64,000 nt of DNA, from the NCBI RefSeq assembly GCF_030028105.1, contig NC_092371.1:96065064-96129063 (forward strand), read 5' to 3'. The DNA is from Mobula birostris. Its lineage: Eukaryota. Of the stretch, positions 24,305-37,640 are shown piece after piece; positions within the stretch are counted from its first letter, which is position 1, and each line of letters opens with the position of its first letter. The position numbers and the translations under genes are program-made. The notes beneath the pieces were generated by a model, which had not been told where the DNA came from, did not search any database, and saw only the letters and a program-made list of their open reading frames with translations.

Positions 24305-27300
24305 GCTTTGAGTGTCCTATGGACTCGGACTCCAAGATCCATCGGATCCTCCACTCTGCCAAGATTCTTACCATTAGTACTATATTCCTCCGTCATATTT
24401 GACCCACCAAAATGAATCACCTCAGACTCATTTGGGTTGAACTCCATCTTCCACTTCTCAGCCCAGTTTTGCATCCTATTAGTGTCCCACTGTAACCTCT
24501 GACAGACCTCCACACTATCCACAACACTCCTAACCTTTGTGGCATCAACATATTTACTAACCTCTACTTCCTCATCCATGTCATTTATAAAAATCACGAA
24601 GAGTAAGGGTCTCAGAACAGATCCCTGAGGCACACCACTGGTGATCGACCTCCATGCAGAATAGGATCCATCTACAACCACACTTTGCCTTCTGTGGGCA
24701 AGCCCCTTGCCTCCCTACTTCTCAATAAGCCTTATCAAATGCATTGCTGAAATCCATATACACTACATCTATGGCTCTACCTTCATCAATTTGTTTAGTC
24801 ACATCCTCCAAAAATTCTATCAGGCTCATAAAGCATATCCTGTCTTTGACAAAGCCATGCTGATATTCCTAATCATATTATGCCTCTGCAAATGTTCATA
24901 AATCCTGCCTCTCAGAATCTTCTCCATCAACTTACCAACCACCAAAGTAGGACTCACTAGTCTTTAATTTCCTGGGATAACTCTGCTCTCTTTCTTGAAT
25001 AAGGGAACAACATCCTCAACCCTCTAATCCTCTGGAGCATCTCCCGTCCTCATTGATGATGCAAAGAACATCGCCAGAGGCTCTGCAATCTCCTCCCTCG
25101 CTTACCACAGCAGTCTGCGGTACATCTCATCCGGTCTCGGTGACCTATCCAACTTGATGCTTTCCAAAAGCTTCAGCACATCCTCTCCCTTAATATCTAC
25201 ATGCTCAAGCTTTTCAATCCATTGCAAGTCATCCCTACAATCGCCAAGATCCTTTTCCCTAGTGAATACTGAAGCAAAATATTCATTAAGTACCTCTGCT
25301 GTCTCCTCCGTTTCCATACATATTTTTCCACTGTCTCACTTGATGGTTTCCATTCTCTCATCTTTTCTTCTTGTTCTTCACATACTCGTAGAATGCCTTG
25401 GGGTTTTCCTTAATCCTGTCGGCCAAGGCCTTCTCATGGCCCCTTCTGGCTGTCCTAATTTCTTTCTTAAGCTCTTTCTGCTAACTTTCTAGATCTCTAT
25501 CATCACCTAGTTTTTTTGAACCTTTCGTGAGCTTTTCTTTTCTTCTTGACTAGATTTGCAACAGCCTTTGTACATCACGGTTCCTGTACCCTACCATCCT
25601 TTCCCTGTCTCATTGAAACGTACCTGTGCAGAAACCCACGCAAATAGCCCCTGAACATTTGCCATATTTCTTCCATACGTTTCTCTGAGAACATCTGTTT
25701 CCAATTTCCTGCCTGATTGGCTCATGTTTACCCTTACTCCAATTAACCGTTTCCCAAACTTGTCTGTTCCTATCCCTCTCCAATGCTATGGTAAAAGAGA
25801 TACAAACGTTTGTAGAATTGTGATCACTATCTCCAAAATGCTCTCCCACTGAGAGACCTGACACCTGACCAGGTTCATTTCCCAATGCCAGATCAAGTAC
25901 AACCTCTCCTCTTGTAGGATTATCTACATATTGTGTCAAGAAACCTTCCTGAACACACCTAACAAACTCCACCCCATCTAAACCCCTCGCTCTAGGGGTT
26001 TATTTATCTAATTAAAATCTCCCACCACAACAACCCTGTTATTATTACTCCTTTCCAGAATCTCCCTATCTGCTCCTCGATGTCCTTGTTACTATTGGGT
26101 GCTCTATAAAAAACACCCAGTAGAGTTATTGATCCCTTCCTATTCCTAACCTCCACAGAGACTCCGTAGACAACCCCTCTATGACTTCCTGCTTTTCTGC
26201 AGCCGTGACACTATCGCTGAACAACCACCTTTTTTGCCTCCCTCCCTGTACTTTCTGAAACATCCAATGCCGAGCACTTGAAGTAGCCACTCCTGACGCT
26301 GCACCATCCAAGTCTCTGTAAAGGCTACAATATCTGTAATGGCTGATTCACCCTCTAAGCTCACCCGCTTTGTTCATAATTCTCCTCGCATTAAAATAGA
26401 CACATCTCAAAACATCGGTCTGAGCGCGTCCCTTCTCTATCACTTGCCTATCCTCCCTCTCGCACTGTCTCCAAGCTTTCTCTACTTGTGAGCCAACCGC
26501 CCCTTCTTCTGTCACTTCAGTTCGGCTCCCACCCCTCAGCAATTCGAGTTTAAACTCTCCCCAATAGCTTGAGCAATCCTCCCTCCCAGGATATTGGTTC
26601 CCCCTGGGATTCAAGTGCAAACTATCCTTTTTGTACAGGTACCACCTGCCCCAAATGAGGTCCCAATGATCCAGATATCTGAATCCCTGCCCCCGCTCCA
26701 ATCCCTCAGCCACGCATTTATCCTCCGCCTCATTCTATTCCTATACTCATTGTCACATGGCACAGGCAGTAATCCTGAGATTGCTACCTTTGAGGTCCTG
26801 CTTCTCAACTTCCCTCTTAACACTCTGTAGTCTATTTTCAGGACCTCCTCCTTTTTCCTACCAATGTGGTTGGTACTAATATGTTCCAGGACCACTGGCT
26901 GTTCTCCTTCCCACCTCAGGATATCGTGGACTGTCACAATGGCGGGGCATTGGGAGCACGGGTGGACCCAAATGCAAGACACATCTTGTGAGGTTACTTC
27001 GGTTAATTTATTGTACGATACCAGGAGAGCAAGACAGAAGCAGAAATAGTGAACAGGATAAGGACTCAGGACTACGACTAGGCTGGGACCTAGAGTCTGG
27101 GCTAGGACTCGGAATCGGCTCCCAGAACTAGAGGAGACATGAAGAGGCTAGGGTTTGGACTCCGAGCCCGAGACTGGGCAAGGATCCAGTACCTGGGTCT
27201 TGCCTCGGGCACAGACCACAGAACCAGGCATGGACATGACATGGGTTAGGGAGAGGAGGAACATAGAAAACAGAGCCTCAGTCTCGGGAGAGCAGGTACG

Positions 27301-28595
27301 TGGAACTATGGATACATACACAGAACACAGAGTCAGGACCCCTCCTTGGGTACAGACATAGGGCCGGGATTCACACACAGAACAGAGAGCCGGGACACCT
27401 CCTTGGGTACAGGACATAGGGCCGGGACTCATGTCCCTCCGCGGGGCAACAGCAAGACGGCCTGACTTACCCCACGGAGGCCAGGTCAAGACACGACAAG
27501 ACATGACCCCCCCCCCCCTCCTCCGCGAGGCAACGGCAAGACGGCCTGACTTATCCCACGGAGGCAAGGGCAGGACAAGACATGACTCCCCCCGGGGCAA
27601 CGGCAAGACGGCCTGACTTACCCCATGAAGGCGAGGGCAGGGCAAGACAAGACCAACACGAATGAACACCAGACAGTACCTATCTAGCTCCAGTGATGGA
27701 ACTAGACCGAACTGCAGGCAGGGGCTGCAGACGAGGGCCAGAGGCGAGAGGGGCGGAGAAGGGATTCAGACAGGGGAATAGGACAGGAATCACAGACCGC
27801 CAGGGCCAGGACATGGACGTGGCACTTGGATGCCGCCGGAGCCAGGACGTGGACGTGGCACTTGGATGCCGCCGGAGCCAGGACGTGGTGCTTGGGACCT
27901 CCGGGTAGTGCCGAGCTCTGGACTCGGCCCGGGAACAGTAGACAGCGGCTCTTGATTCTCACCGGCGGGTTAACTGACGGACCCACCTTGAAGAGGAAAC
28001 TTTGCAGGCTCGCTTCGGCGAGGTAACTGGGCACGGTTGCTCCGGTGAGGAAAGGCGAATTACTGGCACTCGATTCGGGCGGAGATAAGGCTTGCACCGG
28101 CCAGATGACATTGGCACGCCATGACTTAGCAGATACTCCTGCACTGAACGGCTGAAAGCCGGAGACTATAAACTACCGGTTCAGCCGAGCGTTAATTGCC
28201 TCTAATCACCAAAGTCGAAGGACACGGGAAAACAGGGAATCAACGGTCCGGATCGTAATATAAACAAGGTAAATTTAAAGGGATCCCGATCCGGACCATG
28301 ACATGGACGTGATCAGAAACATCCCCGACCCTGGCAACTGGAAGGCAAACTGCCCTCCCCGTTTCTTTCCTGCGTCCACAGAACCGTCTGTCTGACCCCC
28401 TAACTATAGAGTCCCCTATCACTGCTGCCATCCTCTTCCTCTCACTACCTTTCTGACCATCGGGTCAGACTCTGTGTTAGAGGCGCGAGCACTGTTGCTT
28501 CGCCCAGGTAGGCCGTCTCCCCTAACAGTACTCAAACAAAAGTACTTATTGTTAAGGGCGACAGCCACTGGGGTACTCTCTAGCATCTGCTCCGG
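24305..28595 (-). mobile_element. Internally deleted CR1 with SGNH esterase ORF1, split by a solo LTR
   Basis: ORF1 blocks AVIGDSIVRG (about 28400), HISTNHIG and DSLHLN; then endonuclease (AFTETW, GDSDHN) and RT fragments. Confidence 0.9.
26932..28303 (-). mobile_element. Solo LTR (Gypsy- or BEL-like), 1372 bp
   Basis: TGTCA...TGACA termini; perfect 5-bp TSD TGGAC at 26927-26931 and 28304-28308; internal GC-rich tandem repeats. CR1 ORF1 reads through (VSDHVH/DILRWEGEQP) when it is removed. Orientation is inferred only from a minus-strand AATAAA near 27005. Confidence 0.9.
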
Positions 28596-29949
28596 GAATA
28601 ACCTCCTGGAGGCTGGGAGTCTTCAGGACCTGCCACATCTGACACCGAGCTCAGAAAGCCAACCTCACAAACATAATTCCTGTCTGTATTCTACACGTAC
28701 CTCTCCTCGTCCCCATTCGGCCCATCGAGTCTCCTCCACCATTCGATCTTGGGCTGATCCACATCATCCAGTCATCCCTATTCTCCTGCTTTCATTTCAT
28801 ACCCTTTGATGCCCTGGTTAATCAAGAACCTATCTATTTCTGCCTTAAATACACCCAGTGACTTGACCTCCACAGCCGCTAGTGGCAACAGATTCCATAG
28901 ATTTACCGCCCTCTGACTAAAGTAATTTCTCCGCATCTCAGTTCTAAAAGGATGTCCTTCAATCCTGAAGTCATGTAATCTTGCGTTGCACCTTCACTAG
29001 CTTCACACGTCATAATCGTACGACAATGAACGTCAAATGCTCGAAGTCTAAAGCAAAAACAGAATATGCTGGAGACGCAGCCGTTCAAGCAGCATCTGTG
29101 AAAGAAGAAACAGAGTTTGCATTTCAGATCCCACACCTCCCATCAGAATATTCTGATGAATTGAATTGCTAGCAATGCCTCCTCATACACATGGGCTCCC
29201 TCCCCGCTGACTGTTTCCAGCATTTTCTGTGTTTAAGTTTGGCCGCACCTTTACTGTTCCGAGCATACTGTTCGGCATTTCGTAATGAACCGCGGTTGAT
29301 CCTCTGTCTTGACAATATTTGTACAATGCTCATCCTGAGGAAGATCCGCGAAGGTGTTCCCATTTATACACGTGACCTTGCATAATCTAAGCTCTTCTAT
29401 TCACTTACACCTCTCCTAGCCGTGTCTCCTGGGCATCAGGGTAGCGTGGCGGTCAGCGCAACACTGCAACAAATCGGGGCGTGCCATAGTTCGAGCTTCA
29501 CTTCTGGGGCTGTGTGTTGGCGGTTGCTCGTTCTTCCCGTGAACTGCGTGTGTTTCTTTCGGGTGGTCTGCTTTCCTCCCACAGTTTAAAGACTCCCCGT
29601 TACTAGGTTAATTGGTCATCGTGAATTTCCTGGGATTAGGCTCGTTTGAAATAGGTAGGCTGATCGACGGTGTGGCTTGTTGGACCGGAAGGGCCTGTTG
29701 TGTGCTGTATCTCTAAACAAGTGAAAACCTGTGATTGACCACCTTTCTCTTGATGGAGTGGGCCATTCGTTTTCCCTTCATCTTATGCCGGACATGGTTT
29801 TGTTTTCTCTGCCCTACCTATCCTCTATACTTCAGCCATTTACACTTTGTAATGCAAGGGAGTTGAACTGAAATGTTAAGGATATACGGAAAGCTGTCTG
29901 ACTTGTTCCGCATTTCTAGCTTTGATTAAATCTTTTTCGATGGCATGCA

Positions 29950-32900
29950 GTTGTCAAGAAAACAATCTCTGCCTCAATGTCGCAAAAAGAAAGGAGCTGT
30001 CTGTGGACTACAGAAGTAATGGATACAGGCTAACCCGTATTGACAGCAATGGATCTGGGGTTGAGAGGTTTACGTACCTCGGCATTCCTATCACCGAGGA
30101 CCTCACGTGGTATGTACACACCAGCTGTATGATGAAAAAGGCATAAAACAGCACCTCTTTCACCTCAGACTGTTGAGGAAGTTTGGTGTGGGCCCCCAAA
30201 TTCTAAGAACTTTATACAGGGGCACAATTTACATCTGAACTGGAGGGGGACAAATATTCTTGCAGGTAGATTTGCTAGAGAGGCTCCAGTGGATGTAAAC
30301 TAGATACTAGGGGGTAGGGGAAACACAATGTAGGAACAGATGCAGGGGAGAAGGAAGAAAAGGAAAATATTAAAGTTATTTCCACCGTTATTGATAAACA
30401 GAGAATAGGAGGTGGACAATTTCTTACATGCATTTATCTTAATGCTAGGAGCGTTATAAGAAATGTGGATGAGCTTAAAGTATAGATCGATACCTGAAAG
30501 TATGATGTGGTAGCTATTAGTGATACCTGGTTACCGGAGGGGTGTGATTGGCAACTAAATATTCCTGAATTTAATTGTTTCAGGTGTGATAGAATCGGAG
30601 GGACAGGAGGGGGAGGTGTTGCATTTCTTGTCAGAGAAAATATGATCGTGGTGCTCTGGCAGGATAGATTAGCGGGCTCGTGTAGGCAGGCTATTTGGAT
30701 GGAATTGAGGAATAGGAAAGGTGTAGTAACACTTACAGGGGTGTATTATAGACGACCAAATAGGGAGCGAGAATTGGAGGAGCAAATTTGTAAGGAGATA
30801 GCAGATATTTATAGCAAGCACAAGGTTGTGATTGTGGGAGATTTTAATTTTCCACACATAGACTGGGAAGCCCATACTGTAAAATGGCTGGATGTTTTGG
30901 AGTTTGTAAAATATGTGCAGGATAATTTTTTGCAGCAATACATAGAGGTACCAACTAGATAAGGGGCAGTATTGGATCTCCTGTTAGAGAATGAGATAGG
31001 TCAGGTGACGGAGCTTTGTGTTGGGGAGCACTTCGGGTCCAGTGATCATAAGGCCATTAGTTTCAATATAATTATGGAGAAGGATAGGTCCGGACCCAGG
31101 GTTGAGATTTTTGATTGGAGAAAGGCTAACTTTGAGGAGAGAAGTGCGAAAGGATTTAGGAGTGGATTGGGACAATTTGTTTTACGGGAAGGATATAATA
31201 GAGAAATGGAGGTCATTTAAAGGTGAAATTTTGAGGGTACAGAATCCTTATCTTCCTGTTAGATTGAAAGGAAAGGTTAAAAGTCTGAGAGAGCCATGGT
31301 TTTTAAGGGATATTGGAAACTTGGTTCGGAAAAAGAGAGATATCTACAATAAATATAGGCAGCATGGAGTAAACGAGGTGCTAGAGGAATGTAAAGAATG
31401 TAAAAAGAATCTTAAGAAAGAAATTAGAAAGGCTAAAAGAATATATGAGGTTGCTTTGACAAGTAAGGTGAAAATAAATCCCAAGCAGTTCTGCAGTTAT
31501 ATTAATAGCAAAAGGATAGTGAAGGGTAAAATTGGTCCCTTAGAGAATCAGAGTGGACAGCTATGTGTGGAGCTAAAAGAGATAGTGAGATTCTGAACAA
31601 TTTCTTTACTTCGGTTTTCGCTAGGGAGAAGGATATTGAATTATGTAAGATAAGGGAAACAGGTAGGGAAGCTATGGAAACTATGACGATTAAACAAGAG
31701 GCAGTACTGGAGCTTTTAAGGAAAATAAAAGTGTGTAAGTCTCCGGGTACAGACAAAATATTTCCTAGGACCTGGAGGGAAGTTAGTGTGTTAATAGCAG
31801 GGACTCTGACATAAATATTTCAAATGTCATTAGAAATGGGGATGGTGCCGGAGGATTGGCATATTGCTCATGTTGTTCCATTGTTTAAAAAATGGTTCTA
31901 AAAGTAAACCTAGCAATTATCGGCCTGTGAGTTTGACGTCAGTGGTGGGTAAATTGATGGAAAGTATTCTTAGAGATAGTATATATAATTATCTGGATAG
32001 ACAGGGTCTGACTAGGAATAGTCAACATGGGTTTGTGCGTGGAAGGTCATGTTTGACAAATCTTATTCAATTTTTTGAAGAGGTTACTTGGAAAGTTGAC
32101 GAGGATAAAGCGGTGGATGTTGTCTATATGGACTTCAGTAAAGCCTTTGACAAGGTTCCACACGGAAGGTAGGTATTAATATTGAAGTAGTAAAATGGAT
32201 TCAGCAGTGACTGGATGGGAGACGCCAGAGAGTAGTGGTGGGTAACTGTTTGTCATATTGGAGGCCAGTGACTAGTTGTGTGTCTCAGGGATCTGTACTG
32301 GGTCCAATGTTGTTTGTCAGATACATTAATGATCTGGATGATGGGGTGGTAAATTGGATTAGTAAGTATGCAGATGATACTAAGATAGGTGGTGTTGTGG
32401 ATAATGAAGTAGGTTTTCAAAGCTTGCAGAGACATTTAGGCCAGTTAGAAGAGTGGGCAGAAAGATGGCAGATGGAGTGTAATGCTGATAAATGTGAGGT
32501 GCTACATTTTGGTAGGACTAATCAAAATAGGACATACATGGTAATTGGTAAGGCATTGCAGAATGCAGTAGAACAGAGGGATCTAGGAATAATGGTGCAT
32601 AGTTCCCTGAAGGTAGAATCTCATGTGGATAGGGTGGTGAAGAAAGCTTTTGGTAAGTTGGCCTTTATAAATCAGAGTATTGTGTATAGGAGTTGGGATG
32701 TAATGTTGAAATTGTACAACGTATTGGTAAGGCCAAATTTGGAGTATTATGTACAGTTCTGGTCGCCGAATTATAGGAAAGATGTCAACAAAATAGAGAA
32801 AGTACAGAGAAGATTTACCAAAATTTTCCCTGGGTTTCATCACCTAAGCTACAGAGAAAGGTTGAACAAGTTGGGTCTTTATTCTTTGGAGCGTAGAAGG

Positions 32901-33720
32901 TTGAGGGGGGACTAGATAGAGGTATTTAAAATTATGAGGGGGATAGATAGAGTTGACGTGGATAGGCTTTTTCCATTAAGAGTGAGGGAGATTCAAACAA
33001 GAGGACATGAGTTGGGAGTTATAGGGCAAAAGTTTAGGGGTAACATGAGGGGGAACTTCTTTACTCAGAGAGTAGTAGCTGTGTGGAACGAACTTCCAGC
33101 AGAAGTGGTTGAGGCAGGTTCGATGTTGTCATTTAAAGTTAAATTGGACAGCTATGTGGAGAGGAAAGGAATGGAGGGTTATGGGCTGAGTGCAGGTCGG
33201 TGAGACTAGGTGAAAGTAATGGTTCGGCACGGACTAGAAAGGCTGAGATGGACTGTTTCCACGCTGTAGTTGTTATATGTTTATATGGTTATATTAATTA
33301 AGAGCATCGTGACTTGCTGCATCACTGTCTGGTATGGGAACTGTAACTGCCTTGATCGCAGGATTCTGCGGAGTGGTGCAGACAGCGCAGCACATCTGTA
33401 GTTGTGAACTTCCCATATTTCAGGACATTTAGCCTTAGGGTTTGGGTTAGGATGTGAAAAGAGGGTCCGAAGGATGACTAGGGACCCGCAGCACCAGAAC
33501 CAAAATCTATTCCAGCTGCAACCATCCGGGAAACTTTTCCGCAGCATAGAAGCCAGGACCCGGTACAGCTTCTTCCACCAGGCCATCAGATTGATCAACT
33601 CACGCTGATTTGAGTGTATTTCTATGTTCTATTGACTGTTTTATTCATTATAAATTATTAGGATTGCACATTGCACATTTAGACGAGGCGGAACGCAAAG
33701 GTTTTTACTCCTCATGTACG
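29950..33720 (+). mobile_element. Rex1/Babar-like fragment (29950-30229 and 33300-33720) split by CR1
   Basis: The uninterrupted copy at 46840-47510 reads GGCACAATTGAGAGCATC across the site. Confidence 0.85.
30230..33299 (+). mobile_element. CR1 LINE, near-complete ORF2, AT-rich subfamily
   Basis: VAISDTWL, VGDFN, NYRPVSLTS, YMDFSKAFD, YADD. AATT at both junctions (30226-30229 and 33296-33299); absent from unit U3. Confidence 0.94.
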
Positions 33721-36319
33721 TGAAAGTCAATTCCATTCCAATTGGTAATTCGATGTAAAGTGCACATTTTCAAACTTTGAGAAAAAAAATTGAAAACTAT
33801 CCGTATGCCAGACAGTTTTCTTTGCAACAACAAATGCAACGCTGCAAGAACCTGTAGCAGAACCGAAAGGACATCACCCAGCATCACACTGTAGATTGCG
33901 CCTTGTATCCTGCGCCAGATTCACCCCTTGAAAACATTGGAGACACCATTGTTTGCGGGGTATGGGGAAAAGATTAGTTGTATAATATGATTTATTTTAA
34001 TTCATTGTTTTAACTATAAATTTGTTTATTTGTTTCAGGAACTAATGTTAAATAAAACGTCAGTTTAATTGTTTAATAATTTGCTCCAATTTTAATATAT
34101 TTTAAACCACGTCAATGATTTTAATGGCTGGATATTTGGTGATGTTCCTGAAAGCCGAAGTTCCATAACAACAGACCACAAGGAAGACAAACGTTGTTTT
34201 AGCCTTTGTCACGAGAGAATTTGGGTAAACGAATGGTGACGTCATTGTATGGTTTCGCTATCGCTGCTTAAAATATGGAAGGATTTCAGCAGACGTTCCA
34301 GATTCACCGTCTGAGAAGAAATTGCGTCATCTGACCCTGTTTTCTCTAGAATTTACGAGAATGAGGGGAGATCTCGATGAAATGTAAAATTCCAACAGAT
34401 CTTAACATGCTGCATAATGATAAAATACGTTTCTAGATGAGGAGTCCACAACCATCGCACCAGTCTCAGACTGAACAGTTGCTACTAGGAAAAGAAGTGA
34501 GAAGGGATTTTCCTCCAACAGTTTGGGTTTGGCCGAAAAGAATCACCTTAAGTGCATCAATAGCCAGAAGGAAATGGCAGTAAATCATAAACATGAAAAA
34601 TTCTGCAGATGGTTGAAATCCAAAACAGCACACAGAGAAAATGCTGAAGGAAAACGGCAGTTCAGGCATCTTTTATGCAAATATATAGTTAGTCCACGTT
34701 TCGGGCTGAGACCCTTCTTCAGGAAGGACAGCACTTGCACATACATTTAGAAATGTTTAACCTGGCCAATTTTTAAACATTTCGCTAAAACGTCACCAAG
34801 GCTACGGCTTCAGAGGAGGCTCAACAGACCTAAAGAGAAATTAGCACACATTCAATCTCAAAAATGAAAGACTTAGCCTATGAGAGGCGATTGTTGTCTC
34901 TCTGCCTGTACTCAATGAGGGGAAATCTCAATGCAACTTATGGTAGAGTGAAAGACCTAGATATAATGGACGTGCTGATACTTGCGTTACTAGAGAGTCT
35001 CGGATACAAGAACATAGCCTTAGAATGAAGGAAGGTTCCCTTGAAACTGAGATGAGGAGGAATTTATTCAGACAGAGTGTGGTAATTCAGTAGCTCTCCC
35101 ATAGGCGGCTGTTGAGGCCACGTTAATGGGAGTATTTCGGGCTAATTTAGTAGTCTCTTGAATGGTAAGGCTTTCGGGGATAAGATGGGAGAATTGGGTT
35201 GAGAACAATAGCACGTTTGAATTTACAGAACAGAGTCGATCGACCAAATGACTTTATTTTGTACCTATGTATTATGGTCCTATGGCTTAATCCATCGTGA
35301 CTGTGTTTGTCGAGAAAGTACTACCCAGCTTCATCACATTGGCACCATTTTGTCTGCGGCCCTGCAAATCGCGGCCAGTGGAGTAAACATCCAGAGATTT
35401 CTAACTATGATACGTTTCACGGTTCCACGAGATATTTATGTATAACTCACGAGTGTCGTATGTCTCATTTGGTTGTATTAATTTTTTTGTGTTTTTTTTC
35501 AATATTCAATTTCATTTTGCCGGACATAGTTACATATAGAAATGGTGGCAAGCAATTTAACAAATCTTACTAATTCCCACACATTGTGCGCGTACTCTTT
35601 AACTGTTAAATTTGTATGTTTGCTGCTGATGTTATGGCCAATACATTACATATTATGGGTTAGGATGAGAACATTCTTGGTCAGACATTGGCACTGAAGA
35701 TGTCAACTGTAGTGAGTAATAAGAGGATATTTGGCCAAGGAATTACAGACAAAGGATTTGATTCCAGAACGCACAGCCCGGTGCGAATTGTTCATGATAT
35801 TCGGAGTATATTGACAGCTCCAGGCATTTGCAGAGACATTTCAACGCGTGTATGTGGAGCTAGATGAATCATTTTGTGATGAATTACTGTTCGGCCTGAG
35901 ATTATTGGTGATAATCGATGTGCAGTAAACAAAAACATTCATAACTGAGTCCTAGATGCGACAAAAACAGAGATGAGCATTTATCAAACTTAAGAGGAAG
36001 GTGGAAGTTGAGCATAATAAATGTATAAGTCGTGCTCGCTGTGATGTAGAAATACCTCTCTGCTCCAGGTCAGAGAGCTGAGTGGCATTGCAGGTTGTCA
36101 GGTCAATTTGAAAACAGGGAGAGGTGGAGTCAGTTTCCGGTGTACAGATTTTGAAATGCACCATGTGGTCTTCCTATTGTTTTACGAGAAATTTTTGGCT
36201 CATCTCTTCCTTGATTAGAATTGGCGTAAAACAATGCAGAGATTAAATGAACTGTTTTTAGGTCATAACGTGAGGTGCAGCACTTGGGTAAAGGAACTGC
36301 CGGGTTCAGACAGTCCTAA

Positions 36320-36885
36320 AGTTCAAAAGTACAAACTTCAAAGTAAAATGTATTATTAGAGTACATTCATGTCATCACATACAACCCTAAGATTCTTCTT
36401 CTGTGTCCATATTTAGCAAATCTTTAGAATAGCAGCAGTAAGCAGGATCTGTAAACTGTGAAGCATCGAGAACTACAAACTGCTAACAAACTGTAAATAA
36501 ACTGTGCAAATGCAGATAATAAATAAATAGCAGGAAATAACGAGAAAGAGTCCTTAAATGAATGTAATTATCCACTACAGTTCAGGAGCCTGATTATTGA
36601 GGGGTAGTGACCGTTCTTGAACCCGGTGTACCGAGTCCTGAAGCACCTGTACCTTCTCCCTGATGACAGCAGCGTGCAAACAGCTTGGCCGGAGAGGTGA
36701 GGATCTTTGATGATCGATGCTGCTTTTCTGCGGCAACATTTCATATAGATGTGCACTGGGAGCGTATCACCCGTTGACGTACTGGGCCGAATCCACTAAC
36801 TCTTGTAGGAATTTCCGGGCAAAGACATTGCTGTTCCCATACAAGGCCGTAATACAGCCAGTCAGCGCACTTTCCTTCAATACAT
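36320..36885 (-). mobile_element. Rex1/Babar-like 3-prime fragment
   Basis: Minus strand RKAASIIKDPH...LLSSGRRYR; TTCAAAG-type tail. Confidence 0.78.
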
Positions 36886-37359
36886 CTAAGCAACACACAC
36901 AAAACGCTGGAAGATCCTAGATGATCAGGTAGCATCTCTGGAAATGAACGAACAGTTGACGTTCAGAGCCGAGACCCTTCTTTCGGACTAAGAACGAAGG
37001 AAGTTGCCAGAAGAAGAAGATAGGGGGAGGGGAAGGAGGACGACATGGAATCTGATAGATGAAGACATGTGCTGGAATTTTTTATATAAATTTAAAGCAC
37101 AAAGGACTAACAGGGGAACTGGCCCAGTTAAGGGTAGTCAGAAAGCCACAGAATTATAGCACACAGAAGAAGGCCCTTCGGTTTCCTATGTCCTTTCTGA
37201 ACATGAAGTAACCATCTGTACGAATTGTATCAGAAGACAATTGAGGATCTGCAAATGAATCACCGAGAGTCAATGTGAATGAAAACCACTAGCGGGAAGG
37301 GCAACAGAACATGATTATAATGGTAAATTAAGCATAGTCACACCTCAGCAGTACGGCAT

Positions 37360-37640
37360 CTGAAGACTCATTTATTTATTTACAGACATTGCGTGGAAAA
37401 GGCCCTTCCGACCCAGTGAGCCTCACAGCCCAGCAACCCACCTAGTAATCTTAACCTAATCACAGGACAATTTACAATATAGATCTTCGGAATTTGGAAG
37501 AAACCGGAGCACCTGGAGGAAACCCGCGTGTTCACGGAGAGGAACATACAAACTCCTTACGAAAGACGTCGGGCTTGAACTCTGCACTCCGATACCCCGA
37601 GCTGTAATATTTTCGCGGTAACCGCTGCGCTCTCGTGGTG
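37360..37640 (-). mobile_element. V-SINE (HE1-like)
   Basis: GGAAGAAACCGGAGCACCTGGAGGAAACCCGCGTG core plus a tRNA-like head on the minus strand. Confidence 0.78.

Larger units (their letters stand above)
28973..34512. repeat. Segmental duplicate unit U1 (partial; lacks the C pseudo-exon)
   Basis: 28973-30229 matches 45812-47102, and 33300-34512 matches 47103-48072, including non-repeat sequence. Confidence 0.9.

Noticed and set aside
27148-28144. Several 60-170 aa Pro/Arg-rich ORFs (also 43682-44430)
   Set aside because: They arise from GC-rich tandem repeats inside LTRs; no domain motifs.
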